This document shows positions 18,581 to 29,179 of a stretch of DNA of 64,000 bases, in pieces; within the stretch, counting starts at the first letter, position 1, and every line of letters begins with the position of its first letter. A program made the position numbers and the translations under genes. Origin of the DNA: a bacterium (lineage in GTDB: Bacteria > Patescibacteriota > Minisyncoccia > Phycocordibacterales > CAIZLB01). The stretch lies in NCBI GenBank assembly GCA_031411135.1, contig JANOAN010000013.1, positions 152,424-216,423 on the forward strand, in the 5' to 3' direction. Below the pieces are notes generated by a model. That model made no database searches. It saw only the letters and a program-made list of their open reading frames with translations, and had not been told where the DNA came from.

Positions 18581-19777
18581 TTACGCGTTGATTTTAGTTA
18601 CAACACCAGCTCCTACAGTCTTTCCTCCTTCTCGGATGGCAAATTTCTGCTGTACTTCTAGGGCGATTGGGGCTACCAATTTAACCTTGAAAGTAACTGT
18701 ATCTCCTGGCATAACCATTTCTACACCTTCATTCAAAGATACTTCTCCAGTTACGTCTGTTGTTCGTACGTAGAACTGTGGTTTGTATCCAGTAAAGAAT
18801 GGAGTGTGTCGTCCACCTTCTTCTTTCTTTAGAATGTAAACTTCAGCTTCGAAATCAGTGTGCGGAGTAACTGATCCGGGCTTAGCCAAAACCTGACCTC
18901 GAGTCAAATCCTCCTTTTTAACACCTCGAAGAAGTAGACCAGCGTTGTCTCCAGCCATACCTTCGTTAAGCTGCTTGTTGAACATTTCAATACCTGTAAC
19001 CGCTGATTTTGCAGTGTCCTTAAGACCTACAATTTCGATTTCTTCAGCTAGTTTTACGATACCTCGTTCGATTTTACCTGTAACTACTGTTCCTCGTCCT
19101 TCAATAGAGAAGATGTCTTCAATTGGCATAAGGAAAGGCTTTTCAGTTTCTCGAACTGGAGTTGGGATGTAAGTATCAAGTGCGTTTGCAAGCTCGATAA
19201 TCTTTGATGACCATTCATCTGTATTATCCTTTGCTTCCAAAGCCTTTAGAGCTGAACCACGGATAACTGGAGCGTTAGCACCGTCAAATCCGTTCTTGTC
19301 CAACAATTCGCGAACTTCTGTCTCAACCAAGTCCAACATATCAGCATCGTCAACCATGTCACACTTGTTCATGAAAACGATGATCTTTGGCACACCTACC
19401 TGTCGTGCAAGAAGAACGTGTTCTCGTGTTTGTGGCATAGGTCCGTCAGTCGCTGCAACCACTAGGATCGCACCGTCCATTTGAGCTGCACCAGTAATCA
19501 TGTTCTTGATGTAGTCAGCGTGACCAGGGGCGTCAATGTGAGCATAGTGTCTTGCTGGTGTTTCGTATTCAGAGTGAGAAAGTGAAATAGTAATTCCTCG
19601 AGCCTTTTCTTCAGGAGCCTTATCAATCTGGTCTACACCCTTAACTGTTGCCGAGAATCCAGCACCCTGTCGAGACAAAGTGTTTAGAATAGCTGCAGTT
19701 AGAGTTGTCTTGCCATGGTCAACGTGTCCAATGGTACCTACGTTAACGTGTGGCTTTGTACGGTCAAATGTTGCCAT
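18581..19777 (-). CDS. tuf: elongation factor Tu
   Basis: [22 protein letters not shown] GTPase motifs. 398 aa. Confidence 0.97.
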   Translation of the reverse strand: MATFDRTKPHVNVGTIGHVDHGKTTLTAAILNTLSRQGAGFSATVKGVDQIDKAPEEKARGITISLSHSEYETPARHYAHIDAPGHADYIKNMITGAAQMDGAILVVAATDGPMPQTREHVLLARQVGVPKIIVFMNKCDMVDDADMLDLVETEVRELLDKNGFDGANAPVIRGSALKALEAKDNTDEWSSKIIELANALDTYIPTPVRETEKPFLMPIEDIFSIEGRGTVVTGKIERGIVKLAEEIEIVGLKDTAKSAVTGIEMFNKQLNEGMAGDNAGLLLRGVKKEDLTRGQVLAKPGSVTPHTDFEAEVYILKKEEGGRHTPFFTGYKPQFYVRTTDVTGEVSLNEGVEMVMPGDTVTFKVKLVAPIALEVQQKFAIREGGKTVGAGVVTKINA

Positions 19778-20239
19778 ATGTTTGTTAGTTAAGTTCGTTT
19801 TGAGATATTAGAGCGCGAGATTGCCTAATATCCAAAAACGAACCGAAATTTTATTAATTTATTAATTTTAAATCTTGTCAGTAGTGCTTTGAACGCCTTT
19901 TTTATGGCTTAAAATAAGGGTGAACCCTGATTTTTGTACCCAAATGGCGTTTCGAAGTTACCAGACAAAAAAACCGCTGTAAAAGCGTTATGTGCATACT
20001 AGCAGTACGCTTAGAGGTTGTCAAACGTAAAATGGTGATAAATAGAGGTGTTTTGAGGGATTAATCCACAGTTTGTGCACAGGGTGTCTATTATATACAG
20101 GCATATGCACGCTCCATGTGTGCCTTTTATAAATAAATTCATTTTTTATTCATGTCTACCTATTAAGAAACAAGAACATTGAAATATTTTTTCTTAATGA
20201 TGAATACCATAAGTTTTCTAGAAAAAACGCTACAACATA

Positions 20240-20282
20240 AAAAAGCCCCCGATGCAGACGTATCTGCATAAGGGTCTTTTTC
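20240..20282. terminator. bidirectional intrinsic terminator bounding the GC-rich island on the tuf side
   Basis: cccgatgcaga-cgta-tctgcataaggg stem flanked by A-run and T-run. Confidence 0.5.
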
Positions 20283-20422
20283 ATAGTGATAATGAAATTA
20301 TATACCTTTAGTATAACCAGTCAAGGTTGCCCTTTAAACCAAAAAATGGTTTGATTGCAAACGGAACAAGTTTCCAGTCACCCAACAAAATCAAAACCCA
20401 AACAAGAAAGGACAGGACAAAT

Positions 20423-20971
20423 ATGGAAAAATCAGCCAAAAAAAAACTACATGAGGCATTGAGAAAGGCTCTCGCAGCAGCAATTGAACACAAAGCCACC
20501 CTCCTGCGTGCGCTTTTCAGGACCAAGACTAAAGGATTGGTGGTCGTCGTTTTGACGAAAAACTCTCTTCGACCCGGCCGTGGAGTCGAGGCCTGCAAAA
20601 AAGGCCTTGGGGTGCACCAGCCTGTCACTGAAATCAGGGAAGCAGAGGCAAAAAAGCACCCGAGGACCCTTCCCGCTTCCATGGTAACGAAGGCTCATGC
20701 TACGGCTGAAAGTGCTCTGGTTACAAAACTCGGCCTGAACAGGATCAAAAATGAGCCTTATCGTGCATTCACCACTGAAGGTCTCAATGTTCTCCACGGC
20801 GGATGCTGCTCACCTTGCGGAGAATATTCGGTAGGCGTTTGGGGTGGCGAAGGTTGGCAGAATGCCCAGATTGCTCAACACTTCGTGAGTGAGATGAATG
20901 AATGGTTTCGATCCCGACTCGACATCTTCGAGATGAGAGACATCCTGCCAAGTGAGGATGCGCTCAAATAG
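20423..20971 (+). CDS. hypothetical protein encoded in GC-rich island (antisense to str operon)
   Basis: 182-aa ORF from ATG preceded by aaggacagg RBS-like sequence. GC clearly above the genome background. Own terminator at 20984-21027. Confidence 0.4.
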   Translation: MEKSAKKKLHEALRKALAAAIEHKATLLRALFRTKTKGLVVVVLTKNSLRPGRGVEACKKGLGVHQPVTEIREAEAKKHPRTLPASMVTKAHATAESALVTKLGLNRIKNEPYRAFTTEGLNVLHGGCCSPCGEYSVGVWGGEGWQNAQIAQHFVSEMNEWFRSRLDIFEMRDILPSEDALK

Positions 20972-20983
20972 AAGTCAAACTTC

Positions 20984-21027
20984 AGCCCCGGACGCGTTTG
21001 CACGCGCCGGGGCTTCATTATTTCTGT
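20984..21027 (+). terminator. GC hairpin plus T-rich tail after island ORF
   Basis: agccccgg-acgcgtttgcacgcg-ccggggct followed by tcattatttctgtc. Confidence 0.45.
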
Positions 21028-21242
21028 CACCAATTTTTTCGGTGACGTCGGGCAAACCTCCTTTCTCCATTTTTGATTCTTTGACGAGGAGGCTTTTGGA
21101 TTCTGAAATCCAAACTAGACTTACCTTCACGCTTTGGTTTTTCCGGAGGGACCCAACCAAAATAATCAGGGTGGCGTGGGTCGTAAACCCACAATTCTTC
21201 TTCGTCTTTCGGGACAAACAGGTTTCCGTTTGCCATTGTCAT
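21027..21242 (-). CDS. small hypothetical protein in GC-rich island
   Basis: 71-aa ORF MTMANGNLFVPKDEEELWVYDPRHPDYFGWVPP... Protein-like composition, but overlapped by other frames in the GC-rich DNA. Confidence 0.25.
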   Translation of the reverse strand: MTMANGNLFVPKDEEELWVYDPRHPDYFGWVPPEKPKREGKSSLDFRIQKPPRQRIKNGERRFARRHRKNW

Positions 21243-21371
21243 ACGATTCCCTCCTACAAACGGTGCGAAGGAAATTGCGATAAAAAAGCTGCCAGTGTTT
21301 TCATGATTTACCTTTCTGTATGTGTATTATTGAATTTTGGAACTAGAGCGACTTTAAATATTACATGAAAA

Positions 21372-21405
21372 CAAAAAACCGCCTAGCTGGCGGTTTTTTG
21401 TTTTG
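21372..21405 (-). terminator. intrinsic terminator immediately after fusA
   Basis: aaaaaaccgcc-tagc-tggcggtttttt. Confidence 0.7.
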
Positions 21406-21407
21406 CA

Positions 21408-23558
21408 CTACTTCTTCGCCTCGACAATCGTCTTCTCAACGTTCGGTGGAACAACATCATAGTGATGGAATTCCATCGTCATTGATCCTCGTCCCTGTGT
21501 CATTGATCGAATATCAGTTGTGTAACCAAACATTTCAGAAAGAGGCACCATTGCATCAATCACTTTGTTCAATCCTCTGTCTGACATACCTTCAATCTGA
21601 CCTCGCTTTGATGAAAGTGAACCTGTCACGTCTCCCATGAATTGTTCTGGCATCACACATTCAACTTTCATAATAGGTTCAAGAATAACGGCTTTTGCGC
21701 GTCGTGCACCTTCCTGGAAAGCCATAGAAGCGGCAATCTTGTATGCAATTTCTGAAGAGTCCACATCGTGGTATGAACCGAACAATAATTCACATGAAAT
21801 ATCTGTCATTGGGAAACCGGCGACTACTCCTCTTTGCATTGCTTCGATAATTCCCTTTTCAACTGCAGGAATAAATTCAACTGGAATAACTCCTCCCTTG
21901 ATTGAATCGATGAATTCAAATCCTTCTGATCGATGAATATTCTTAGGAAGTTTTTTATCTGCTGGCCATGGTTCCAACTTTTTCAATTTAATTCTTACGT
22001 GACCGTATTGTCCCTTACCTCCAGACTGCTTAACATATTTGTGATCAGCTTCAGCTTCTCCAATAATAGTTTCTCGGTAAGCTACCTGTGGCTTTCCAAC
22101 GTTAGCTTCAACTCCGAACTCTCTCATCATACGGTCGATCATAATTTCAAGGTGAAGTTCTCCCATACCTGAAATGATAGTTTCTCCTGTTTCAGTGTTT
22201 GAAGAAATTCGGAAAGTTGGATCTTCATCTCCAAGTTTCTTAAGAGCGATACCCATCTTTTCCTGATCAGCCTTTGTTTTTGGTTCGATTCTAAGAGACA
22301 CTACTGGGTCAGCGAATTTAATTGGATTCAAAATAATTGGATGAGCTTCGTCACAGAAAGTATGTGAAGTTTTTGCTTCCTTCAAACCTACCGCTGCAGC
22401 AATTTCTCCGGCGTACACCTTTTTAACTTCTTCTCGCTTGTTAGCCTGCAATCGTACGATTCGTCCAAGTCTTTCTTTGTTTCCAGTTGTTGAGTTATAT
22501 AAGTATGAACCAGCTTCTACTGTTCCAGAGTAAACTCGGAAGAAAGTAAGCTGTCCTACGAATGGGTCGTTCTGTAATTTGAATGCAAGGGCAGAGAAAG
22601 GTTCACTGTCTGATGCATGTCGAATAATTTCTTCATTAGTATGAGGATCAAGACCGATAACAGGTGGTACGTCCAGTGGTGAAGGCAAGTAATCTACTAC
22701 GGCGTCCAAAATCAATTGTGTTCCTTTATTTTTCAATGCAGAACCTGTGAACACAGGGTAAATTTTACCGGCAATTACCCCTTTTCGAAGAGTTTTCTTA
22801 AGATCATCAATAGAAAAATCTGTCTTTCCTTCCAAATATTGATTCATCATCACATCATCAAATTCGACAATTTTTTCCACCAACTGAGCGCGGTATTTAG
22901 TCGCATCGGCTACCATGTTTTCAGGAATTTCTTTTTCAACCACAGTTCCTCCCATTTCTCCTTCAAAGTGGTAAGACTTCATTTTCAAAAGATCCACAAC
23001 TGCTTCGAAATCTCCTTCAGATCCGATAGGAAGCTGCATTCGAACTGCGTTCTTGTTCAATCTTTCTAGAATTGATGCATATGATCGTTCAAAAGAAGCA
23101 CCTGTTCGGTCCAACTTGTTAATAAAACAAATTCGAGGCACATTATATTTGTCAGCCTGTCTCCATACAGTTTCAGATTGAGGCTCTACTCCGGCTACAC
23201 CATCGAAAACCACTACTCCTCCGTCCAAAACCTTAAGAGATCGTTCTACCTCTACTGTAAAGTCCACGTGACCTGGCGTATCGATGATATTGAATCGGTG
23301 CATTCCAGATTTATCAGTTCCGTTGTAAGTCGGATTCCAGAAACATGTAATAGCAGCTGCGGTAATTGTAATACCTCGTTCCTTTTCCTGTTCCATCCAG
23401 TCAGTTGTTGCTTCACCGTCGTGCACTTCACCGATCTTGTGTGACATACCAGTGTAGTAAAGGATTCGTTCTGATGTTGTTGTCTTTCCCGCGTCGATGT
23501 GGGCAATGATACCGAAATTTCTTACTTTCTCTAGTGGATAATCTCTTTTGGTGTCCAT
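21408..23558 (-). CDS. fusA: elongation factor G
   Basis: 716 aa, [22 protein letters not shown] GTPase motifs. Confidence 0.97.
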   Translation of the reverse strand: MDTKRDYPLEKVRNFGIIAHIDAGKTTTSERILYYTGMSHKIGEVHDGEATTDWMEQEKERGITITAAAITCFWNPTYNGTDKSGMHRFNIIDTPGHVDFTVEVERSLKVLDGGVVVFDGVAGVEPQSETVWRQADKYNVPRICFINKLDRTGASFERSYASILERLNKNAVRMQLPIGSEGDFEAVVDLLKMKSYHFEGEMGGTVVEKEIPENMVADATKYRAQLVEKIVEFDDVMMNQYLEGKTDFSIDDLKKTLRKGVIAGKIYPVFTGSALKNKGTQLILDAVVDYLPSPLDVPPVIGLDPHTNEEIIRHASDSEPFSALAFKLQNDPFVGQLTFFRVYSGTVEAGSYLYNSTTGNKERLGRIVRLQANKREEVKKVYAGEIAAAVGLKEAKTSHTFCDEAHPIILNPIKFADPVVSLRIEPKTKADQEKMGIALKKLGDEDPTFRISSNTETGETIISGMGELHLEIMIDRMMREFGVEANVGKPQVAYRETIIGEAEADHKYVKQSGGKGQYGHVRIKLKKLEPWPADKKLPKNIHRSEGFEFIDSIKGGVIPVEFIPAVEKGIIEAMQRGVVAGFPMTDISCELLFGSYHDVDSSEIAYKIAASMAFQEGARRAKAVILEPIMKVECVMPEQFMGDVTGSLSSKRGQIEGMSDRGLNKVIDAMVPLSEMFGYTTDIRSMTQGRGSMTMEFHHYDVVPPNVEKTIVEAKK

Positions 23559-23673
23559 AAAATATTATTGAATAATAAAAGGCGTTTGATAAACGTCGTT
23601 AGGGTAAAATAGCATTATTTTGAGGCTTTTGCAATTAGGACTACGCCTCGAGTGTTATTTGAACCCTTTTCAC

Positions 23674-24027
23674 TTAAATATTCTTTTTTTCAGCACCATC
23701 TTGAATCAAATCTATGCAATTTTCCATAAGTTTACTATATATGGATTTACTCACTCTTAAATTCACATAAGAGCCCAAACCAATAATAACTAGAAAAATA
23801 ACAGTCACTTCTAAAGAAATAGAGCTGGTTGCAAAAGCGACTCCTGAAATTACCAGGGCGAGAATCGTTCCGTAAAAAACGTAATTCTTCATTGATAAAG
23901 CCCATGTTTTTCTAAGTTCAGTCGTGTCTACCGTATCCTGTTTTTTAAGATTTTTTCTCTGCAATGTAAAAATAATTGCAAAAACTGCAATAAAGAAAAT
24001 AGGTAAAATTAACTCGATGATATTCAT
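23674..24027 (-). CDS. small membrane protein (hypothetical)
   Basis: 117 aa with three hydrophobic helices. Inserted between rpsG and fusA. Confidence 0.45.
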   Translation of the reverse strand: MNIIELILPIFFIAVFAIIFTLQRKNLKKQDTVDTTELRKTWALSMKNYVFYGTILALVISGVAFATSSISLEVTVIFLVIIGLGSYVNLRVSKSIYSKLMENCIDLIQDGAEKKNI

Positions 24028-24046
24028 TTGATTTAATTATACCACA

Positions 24047-24334
24047 CTACCTCCAAGACGGATGGTCTTCTGGCTCATTACGATTTTCATCCAACCTCAA
24101 AAACACCTCATCAAATGACTTCTTGATTACCCCTGCAAATTCATCGAATTTTTGATCCATTCTCCAATATATTCTTTCTTCAAGTTTATATAACTTATCA
24201 TCAAATTTTCTTTCAATCCTCTCTTCAAACTCTCTAAATCTCTTATCTATCTTCAATTCAAATACATCAAAACGAGCATCTAGTCTCGAATCAATAAGCG
24301 CACCTATTAGCATTAAATCTTTCTCGGTTAACAT
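24047..24334 (-). CDS. hypothetical coiled-coil protein
   Basis: 95 aa, charged heptad-like repeats (FREFEERIERKFDDKLYKLEERIY). Confidence 0.4.
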   Translation of the reverse strand: MLTEKDLMLIGALIDSRLDARFDVFELKIDKRFREFEERIERKFDDKLYKLEERIYWRMDQKFDEFAGVIKKSFDEVFLRLDENRNEPEDHPSWR

Positions 24335-24403
24335 GCCCGCAATTATAAACCCCCGACATGAAAAAACAATAAAGAAGTTCTGAAGTTTTTATGTCGTAAT
24401 ATT

Positions 24404-24874
24404 TTACCAAGCCAAGTGAGCAAAAGCCTTGTTTGCTTCAGCCATCTTGTGTGTATTATCTCGTTTCTTCATCGCTTCACCTTCTCCTTTCATAGCAAGC
24501 ATAAGTTCATCTGCTAATTTCAAGTGCATTGGCTTTCCTTTCTTTCCGCGAGCAGCATCAATAACCCATCTCATTGATAGGTAACTGCTTCTCTCTGGTC
24601 GAACTTCTCGAGGTACCTGATAGTTAGCACCTCCGACTCTTCGTGAGCGCACTTCTACTGTAGGCGCAATATTTTTAAGAGCAGTTGTCAAAAAAGCAAT
24701 AGGATCCTCAACTGCGGCAACCTTCTTGATTTCATCCAACGCATTATAAACAACAGCAGTAGCGGTAACTTTTTTACCACTTACCATGATGTAGTTGATA
24801 AGTTTACCAACAACAAGTGAATTAAACTTGTCGTCTGGTTTTGCAATATTTCGATTTTTTACTTTTCTACGCAT
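24404..24874 (-). CDS. rpsG: 30S ribosomal protein S7
   Basis: 156 aa, S7 fold motifs. Sits at the rpsL-rpsG position. Confidence 0.9.
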   Translation of the reverse strand: MRRKVKNRNIAKPDDKFNSLVVGKLINYIMVSGKKVTATAVVYNALDEIKKVAAVEDPIAFLTTALKNIAPTVEVRSRRVGGANYQVPREVRPERSSYLSMRWVIDAARGKKGKPMHLKLADELMLAMKGEGEAMKKRDNTHKMAEANKAFAHLAW

Positions 24875-24975
24875 GAGGGTAATTTTTAATTTAATGATTA
24901 ATTTTGTATAGATTTTTTTCAGAAATACAAACCTTTATGTATTCCTTACTCTATACGCCCGATTGTGAGTGGAAA

Positions 24976-25398
24976 TTATTTCTTTCCTCCAGCCTTTGGA
25001 CGCTTCGTTCCGTAATTTGATCGTTCTTTTCGACGAGCTTCAACACCTGAACAGTCCAATCGTCCTCGTACAATAGTGTATCGAAGTCCGACATCTCGAA
25101 CCTTTCCTCCTCGAACGATTACCACTGAGTGCTCTTGCAAGTTGTGGCCTTCTCCTGGAATGTAGGCAGTGATTTCAGATCCGTTAGTAAGTCGCACTCG
25201 AGCAATCTTTCGAATCGCTGAGTTCGGCTTTCTAGGAGTCTTTGTCGTTACCTTTGTGCAAACACCTCTCTTGAATGGAGAGTTGAAGTACACAGGACGG
25301 TTTTTGATTGTGTTAAAGCCACGAGTAAGAGCAATCGCCTTAGATTTGCGAATCGTCTTTGTTCTTTTTCTTTTGACTAATTGACTTAATGTTGGCAT
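24976..25398 (-). CDS. rpsL: 30S ribosomal protein S12
   Basis: [12 protein letters not shown]...[10 protein letters not shown] is canonical S12. Confidence 0.95.
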   Translation of the reverse strand: MPTLSQLVKRKRTKTIRKSKAIALTRGFNTIKNRPVYFNSPFKRGVCTKVTTKTPRKPNSAIRKIARVRLTNGSEITAYIPGEGHNLQEHSVVIVRGGKVRDVGLRYTIVRGRLDCSGVEARRKERSNYGTKRPKAGGKK

Positions 25399-25533
25399 TT
25401 GTGTTTGTAAAAATAAAATGCTTCGAAAAGCACTTAGAGGTAAGATACTATATTAGTGGGGGAAGTGCAAGGATTTTAGGAAGTTTTTTAAAGTGGAGTC
25501 GGAATAGAAGAATTTTGTCACCCATTGACAATT

Positions 25534-25613
25534 AATTCTTTAAATTAAGGATTAATTGATGTTTAAAGCGCTATAAAATTAAGCAGAGCGGGTAATTGTC
25601 AATGGGCGACAAA
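25534..25613. promoter_or_regulatory. palindromic motif locus 2: tcaCCCATTGACAAT ... ATTGTCAATGGGCGAC, upstream of rpsL and divergent ORF
   Basis: 12-nt arms with about a 66-nt spacer. Same arm sequence as locus 1. Arms contain outward-facing TTGACA -35-like hexamers. Confidence 0.5.
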
Positions 25614-25748
25614 ACTAGATCAACTTAACTTTTTATGACAAATCCCCTATGAAAAAGATTGACACAACCCCATTTTATGCTACAGTATAGGAGTCAGAAA
25701 AGACGCCGGTAAAGCCGGTACAACCTAAAAAGAAAAGGAGTACTTTAT

Positions 25749-26057
25749 ATGAATCAACTTGCCAGGCGATCAGACGTAAAAGCCTTGGTAGTATTGCGAA
25801 AGCTGAGAATGATCAGGGGGGTAGATCACCCACTCGGTCAGCTCATCGGTTTCGGTATCAGAAAAGTAGATGCTGATGCGACCCTTCCCCTTGAAGTCAT
25901 AGGAACGGTCAAGAGCTGTCCCTGTACAACATGGGGTCAACTGGAAAACGCCATTTACTACCTGCTGAAGATGGCCGGAGTACGTGACGCAAGTAGCGAC
26001 TACTTCGTGGAAACCGAAGCAGCAAAACTAAATCGTGATCTTCCGATTATGATCTAA
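25749..26057 (+). CDS. hypothetical protein (GC-elevated)
   Basis: 102-aa ORF divergent from rpsL, about 50 percent GC. No recognisable motif. Confidence 0.35.
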   Translation: MNQLARRSDVKALVVLRKLRMIRGVDHPLGQLIGFGIRKVDADATLPLEVIGTVKSCPCTTWGQLENAIYYLLKMAGVRDASSDYFVETEAAKLNRDLPIMI

Positions 26058-26113
26058 GCCCCCCCCTCAAGAGAAAAGTCCCTAGGACGCACTCTCGCGG
26101 CGGGCTTTTTCTT

Positions 26114-26716
26114 TTACATCCTCACAATCAAATTCAACACCCACTGAATCACCGGCGTAAAATACTGCCACAACACCACCGCAAAAATAATCGCAAACAA
26201 AAATCCCTGCCCTTCCATCGCCCTTTTAATCCCTTGAAAGCTTTCAGGTAAAAATGCGAATAATATATGCGAACCATCGAGCGGACTTACAGGAATCAAA
26301 TTATAAATTGCAAGAACAATATTTGTAATACAAATCATCAAAAGAAAACCACCGGTATTTTCTGGAATTTGCTCTGCAAAAAATCGCAGACTTAAACCAG
26401 ACGCTAGTGCAATTATTATATTAGAAAGTGGCCCCGCAGCTGACACTATCACATCCCCCCACTTTCCGTATTTCAAATTATAAGGATTAACCGGCACAGG
26501 TTTTGCCCATCCAAACATAAGACTTCCCGGGAGAAGAGCACAAAGTAGCGGAACAATGATAGATCCTAGAATATCTATATGTTTCAAAGGATTTAAGGTA
26601 AGTCTTCCTGCATATTTTGCCGTCGGATCACCTAATGCAAGAGCTGCAAGCCCATGAGAGACTTCATGAACAACAACCGAAAAGATGAGGACCAACAGAA
26701 AGAAGATAGTAGACAT
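26114..26716 (-). CDS. site-2 protease family (peptidase M50) zinc metalloprotease
   Basis: HEVSHG HExxH motif inside a TM helix. Multi-TM, 200 aa. Confidence 0.75.
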   Translation of the reverse strand: MSTIFFLLVLIFSVVVHEVSHGLAALALGDPTAKYAGRLTLNPLKHIDILGSIIVPLLCALLPGSLMFGWAKPVPVNPYNLKYGKWGDVIVSAAGPLSNIIIALASGLSLRFFAEQIPENTGGFLLMICITNIVLAIYNLIPVSPLDGSHILFAFLPESFQGIKRAMEGQGFLFAIIFAVVLWQYFTPVIQWVLNLIVRM

Positions 26717-26755
26717 ATTGATTAATATCGAAGATATGATAGCATGTGAACCTAT

Positions 26756-26998
26756 ATGACAAAAGTCTGCGCCATCACCAAAAAAGGATCTATCCGAGCC
26801 GGCGGATATTCAAACCGTACTCGAGCGACACAGTTTAACCCGACTGGTATTGTTCGAAAGTACCCTAACTTACAGAAAAAGAAAGTTTACGTTCCTGAAT
26901 TAAAGAAATTTGTTTCTATTACAGTTTCTGCAAGAGGACTTAAGACTATTACTAAGAATGGTGCGTTTGCTACTTTGAAGAAAGCTGGGTTGATTTAA
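26756..26998 (+). CDS. rpmB: 50S ribosomal protein L28
   Basis: MTKVCAITKKGSIRAGGYSNRTRATQ...VSARGLKTI matches the L28 pattern. Confidence 0.85.
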   Translation: MTKVCAITKKGSIRAGGYSNRTRATQFNPTGIVRKYPNLQKKKVYVPELKKFVSITVSARGLKTITKNGAFATLKKAGLI

Positions 26999-27068
26999 TT
27001 TAAGTAAAATAAACGACAAAAAAACGGCACTGAGGGATTGAACCCCAGCGCCGTTTTGAATTCCCTGA

Positions 27069-28292
27069 TTAGCTACCCCAGGGATTGTTTCGATGCCACA
27101 GAAGCACCAGGTTCCATATTTCCTTACGGAGTTTTTGGATTCTGGGCTCCTTCGACTTACCAAGAATAGCGTTCGTAAGTAGCACCATAGAGGTCATCAT
27201 AGTGGGGCATACCAGGAATCCGCACCCGGTGTATCCTCCAAACCCGAAGGTTCCCATAATCAGCGAAGCATCTTCTTGGTCGAAATCATCAGGATCTAGA
27301 AGATCCATTCCCAAGGAAAACCTTGGTTTAGATTTTGACTGATCTGCCTCGTTGTCACCTTTTGCAAGGATCCGTGGCACATCCCTCACGACGTTTGAAA
27401 CAAGAGTATGTCCGATGTCTGAACGAAACATTCTTGTTCCATTTACCCTGTCTTCACCACCATGAAGAATTATCCTGAGGATCCACGATACGAACTTGGC
27501 ATTCGCAAGCAGACCAGACACACCGCATGCAATTGGTGCAATCTGCCGAGTGAGACCATCGTGAGGAAGTATACTGGACTGGTCAGATCTCGTCGGTGCA
27601 ACCTGACGAGCAAGACTAATATCAGCCTCAGTGAACCACCTCGCCTCTGCACCATCTGGGCGACCTTTAGTCATCTCTCTGAATACTTCTGGGAGTGACA
27701 CCCCCGAGACTCGCTCGATGATTTGGCCCAAAACGACAGGAAGATAGTTTCCATAGCGATATCCTCGCCTAATCGGAGACTTCAATATTGCATCGATCGT
27801 TTCCGCACCCCTCGTTTCTGAGAAGTGCAGCGACAAGTCCACAACCGCTTGATGACTCGAGAGTTGTCCCACTGTTAGGTTACGCCAAGTCTCGTGACAC
27901 TCATTTGTCTGGAAAAAATCTCCGACTGGAGCATCCATTCTGAACTTTCCCTTATAGTCGAGGTAATGTGCGACGAGCGTCGTCGTGGGTTTAGTAATTG
28001 ATGCCACATCATAGCTAGTGTCCCACATAATTAGCGGACTATCCTTTTCGTAGGTGTAGGTTCCAATACAAATCGAGACATTGTTCACCAAAGAGTATCT
28101 ACGATTCGGGAGTTGAAGTTCAAACTGGGCACCTGGAAAAATTCCATCCTTAATTGCTCCCTTCAATTTCCTCCAAATCTCTCCTTCTAAATCCCCTGTG
28201 CTAAATCTTTTTTTCGAAGAACTCATGTGCCCTTCTCCTTTCTGGTCCAGTGGACCGGTTTGTTGTTGAATTACTGCACTATTTGAAATCAC
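27069..28292 (-). CDS. serine hydrolase / beta-lactamase-family protein
   Basis: SITKPTT (SxxK) active-site motif. 407 aa, GC-elevated. Confidence 0.6.
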   Translation of the reverse strand: MISNSAVIQQQTGPLDQKGEGHMSSSKKRFSTGDLEGEIWRKLKGAIKDGIFPGAQFELQLPNRRYSLVNNVSICIGTYTYEKDSPLIMWDTSYDVASITKPTTTLVAHYLDYKGKFRMDAPVGDFFQTNECHETWRNLTVGQLSSHQAVVDLSLHFSETRGAETIDAILKSPIRRGYRYGNYLPVVLGQIIERVSGVSLPEVFREMTKGRPDGAEARWFTEADISLARQVAPTRSDQSSILPHDGLTRQIAPIACGVSGLLANAKFVSWILRIILHGGEDRVNGTRMFRSDIGHTLVSNVVRDVPRILAKGDNEADQSKSKPRFSLGMDLLDPDDFDQEDASLIMGTFGFGGYTGCGFLVCPTMMTSMVLLTNAILGKSKEPRIQKLRKEIWNLVLLWHRNNPWGS

Positions 28293-28315
28293 TCTAACAG
28301 AGAACCCTTATCGTT

Positions 28316-29179
28316 TCAATCATTCAAAAATTTAATCATACCCATCTCACTTGTCCTCAAAATTTTTACATTTTCCTTTTCCAAAGTTTCAATCGTCTCT
28401 TTATGTGGATGCCCGTATCGATTATTTAATCCTGCAGAAATAATTGCGTAAGTTGGTTTTACTTCCTCAATAAATATCGAATCAGTAGAAGTTTTTGATC
28501 CGTGATGTCCTACTTTTAAAACATCTGCGTGAAGATTATCTTTTACGTTCACCAATTTTAGCTCCACTGATTTTGGTGCATCTCCTGTTAACATAAATGT
28601 TGTTGTGCCAACATGTGCAACTGCAACAATTGAAAACAAATTTGTATCTTTGTCCGAAGTCATTTTCATCTGACGGTTTGGATATAAAATATTTATATAA
28701 TCATTTCCAAAAGAAATCTTTGCTCCGCGATTAATTGTTGATGTCGAAACATTCGCACGTTGAAGCGAATCGAATAAATTTTTCTCAACAGTTTTTGAAG
28801 TGTGAAGATGCGAAAACAAAAACTTACCAACAGAAAAGTTTTGCACAATTTTTGTAAACCCTCCAACATGATCCTGGTCTGCATGCGTTCCGATCGTAAG
28901 ATCAATTCTTCGATCAAACCACGGGAATATTTTGTTGATTTCCTTAACAGACTTTCCGTCAACATTTCCCGCATCAATTAATATTCGATTTCCTGAACTT
29001 GAAATTATCAAAGTTGAATCACCTTGACCGACATCTAGAAAGTAGACTCCAGGTTTTATTGGGTGATTTACAACCATTACAAACAACAAAGAGGCAACTG
29101 AATATGCCACCACAAAAGCTACTACCTTGGCGTGATATAATGTGTCTATTAAAAATCTTAATTTATTAAAAAATGACAT
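28316..29179 (-). CDS. comEC: ComEC/Rec2 C-terminal MBL-fold (metallo-beta-lactamase) domain protein
   Basis: N-terminal TM segment then DVGQGD...HADQDH...GHHGS, which is a typical ComEC MBL domain. Confidence 0.7.
   Translation of the reverse strand: MSFFNKLRFLIDTLYHAKVVAFVVAYSVASLLFVMVVNHPIKPGVYFLDVGQGDSTLIISSSGNRILIDAGNVDGKSVKEINKIFPWFDRRIDLTIGTHADQDHVGGFTKIVQNFSVGKFLFSHLHTSKTVEKNLFDSLQRANVSTSTINRGAKISFGNDYINILYPNRQMKMTSDKDTNLFSIVAVAHVGTTTFMLTGDAPKSVELKLVNVKDNLHADVLKVGHHGSKTSTDSIFIEEVKPTYAIISAGLNNRYGHPHKETIETLEKENVKILRTSEMGMIKFLND

Noticed and set aside
20308-20797. Minus-strand ORFs (124 and 116 aa) in the GC-rich island
   Set aside because: They overlap the longer plus-strand ORF, which has an RBS and a terminator. 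Multi-frame ORFs are expected in GC-rich DNA. Not excluded, but less parsimonious.
27040-27070. gggattgaacccc segment resembling a tRNA T-arm after rpmB
   Set aside because: No acceptor, D or anticodon arms can be built around it. It forms the loop of the rpmB terminator hairpin (aacggc ... gccgtt followed by a T-run).
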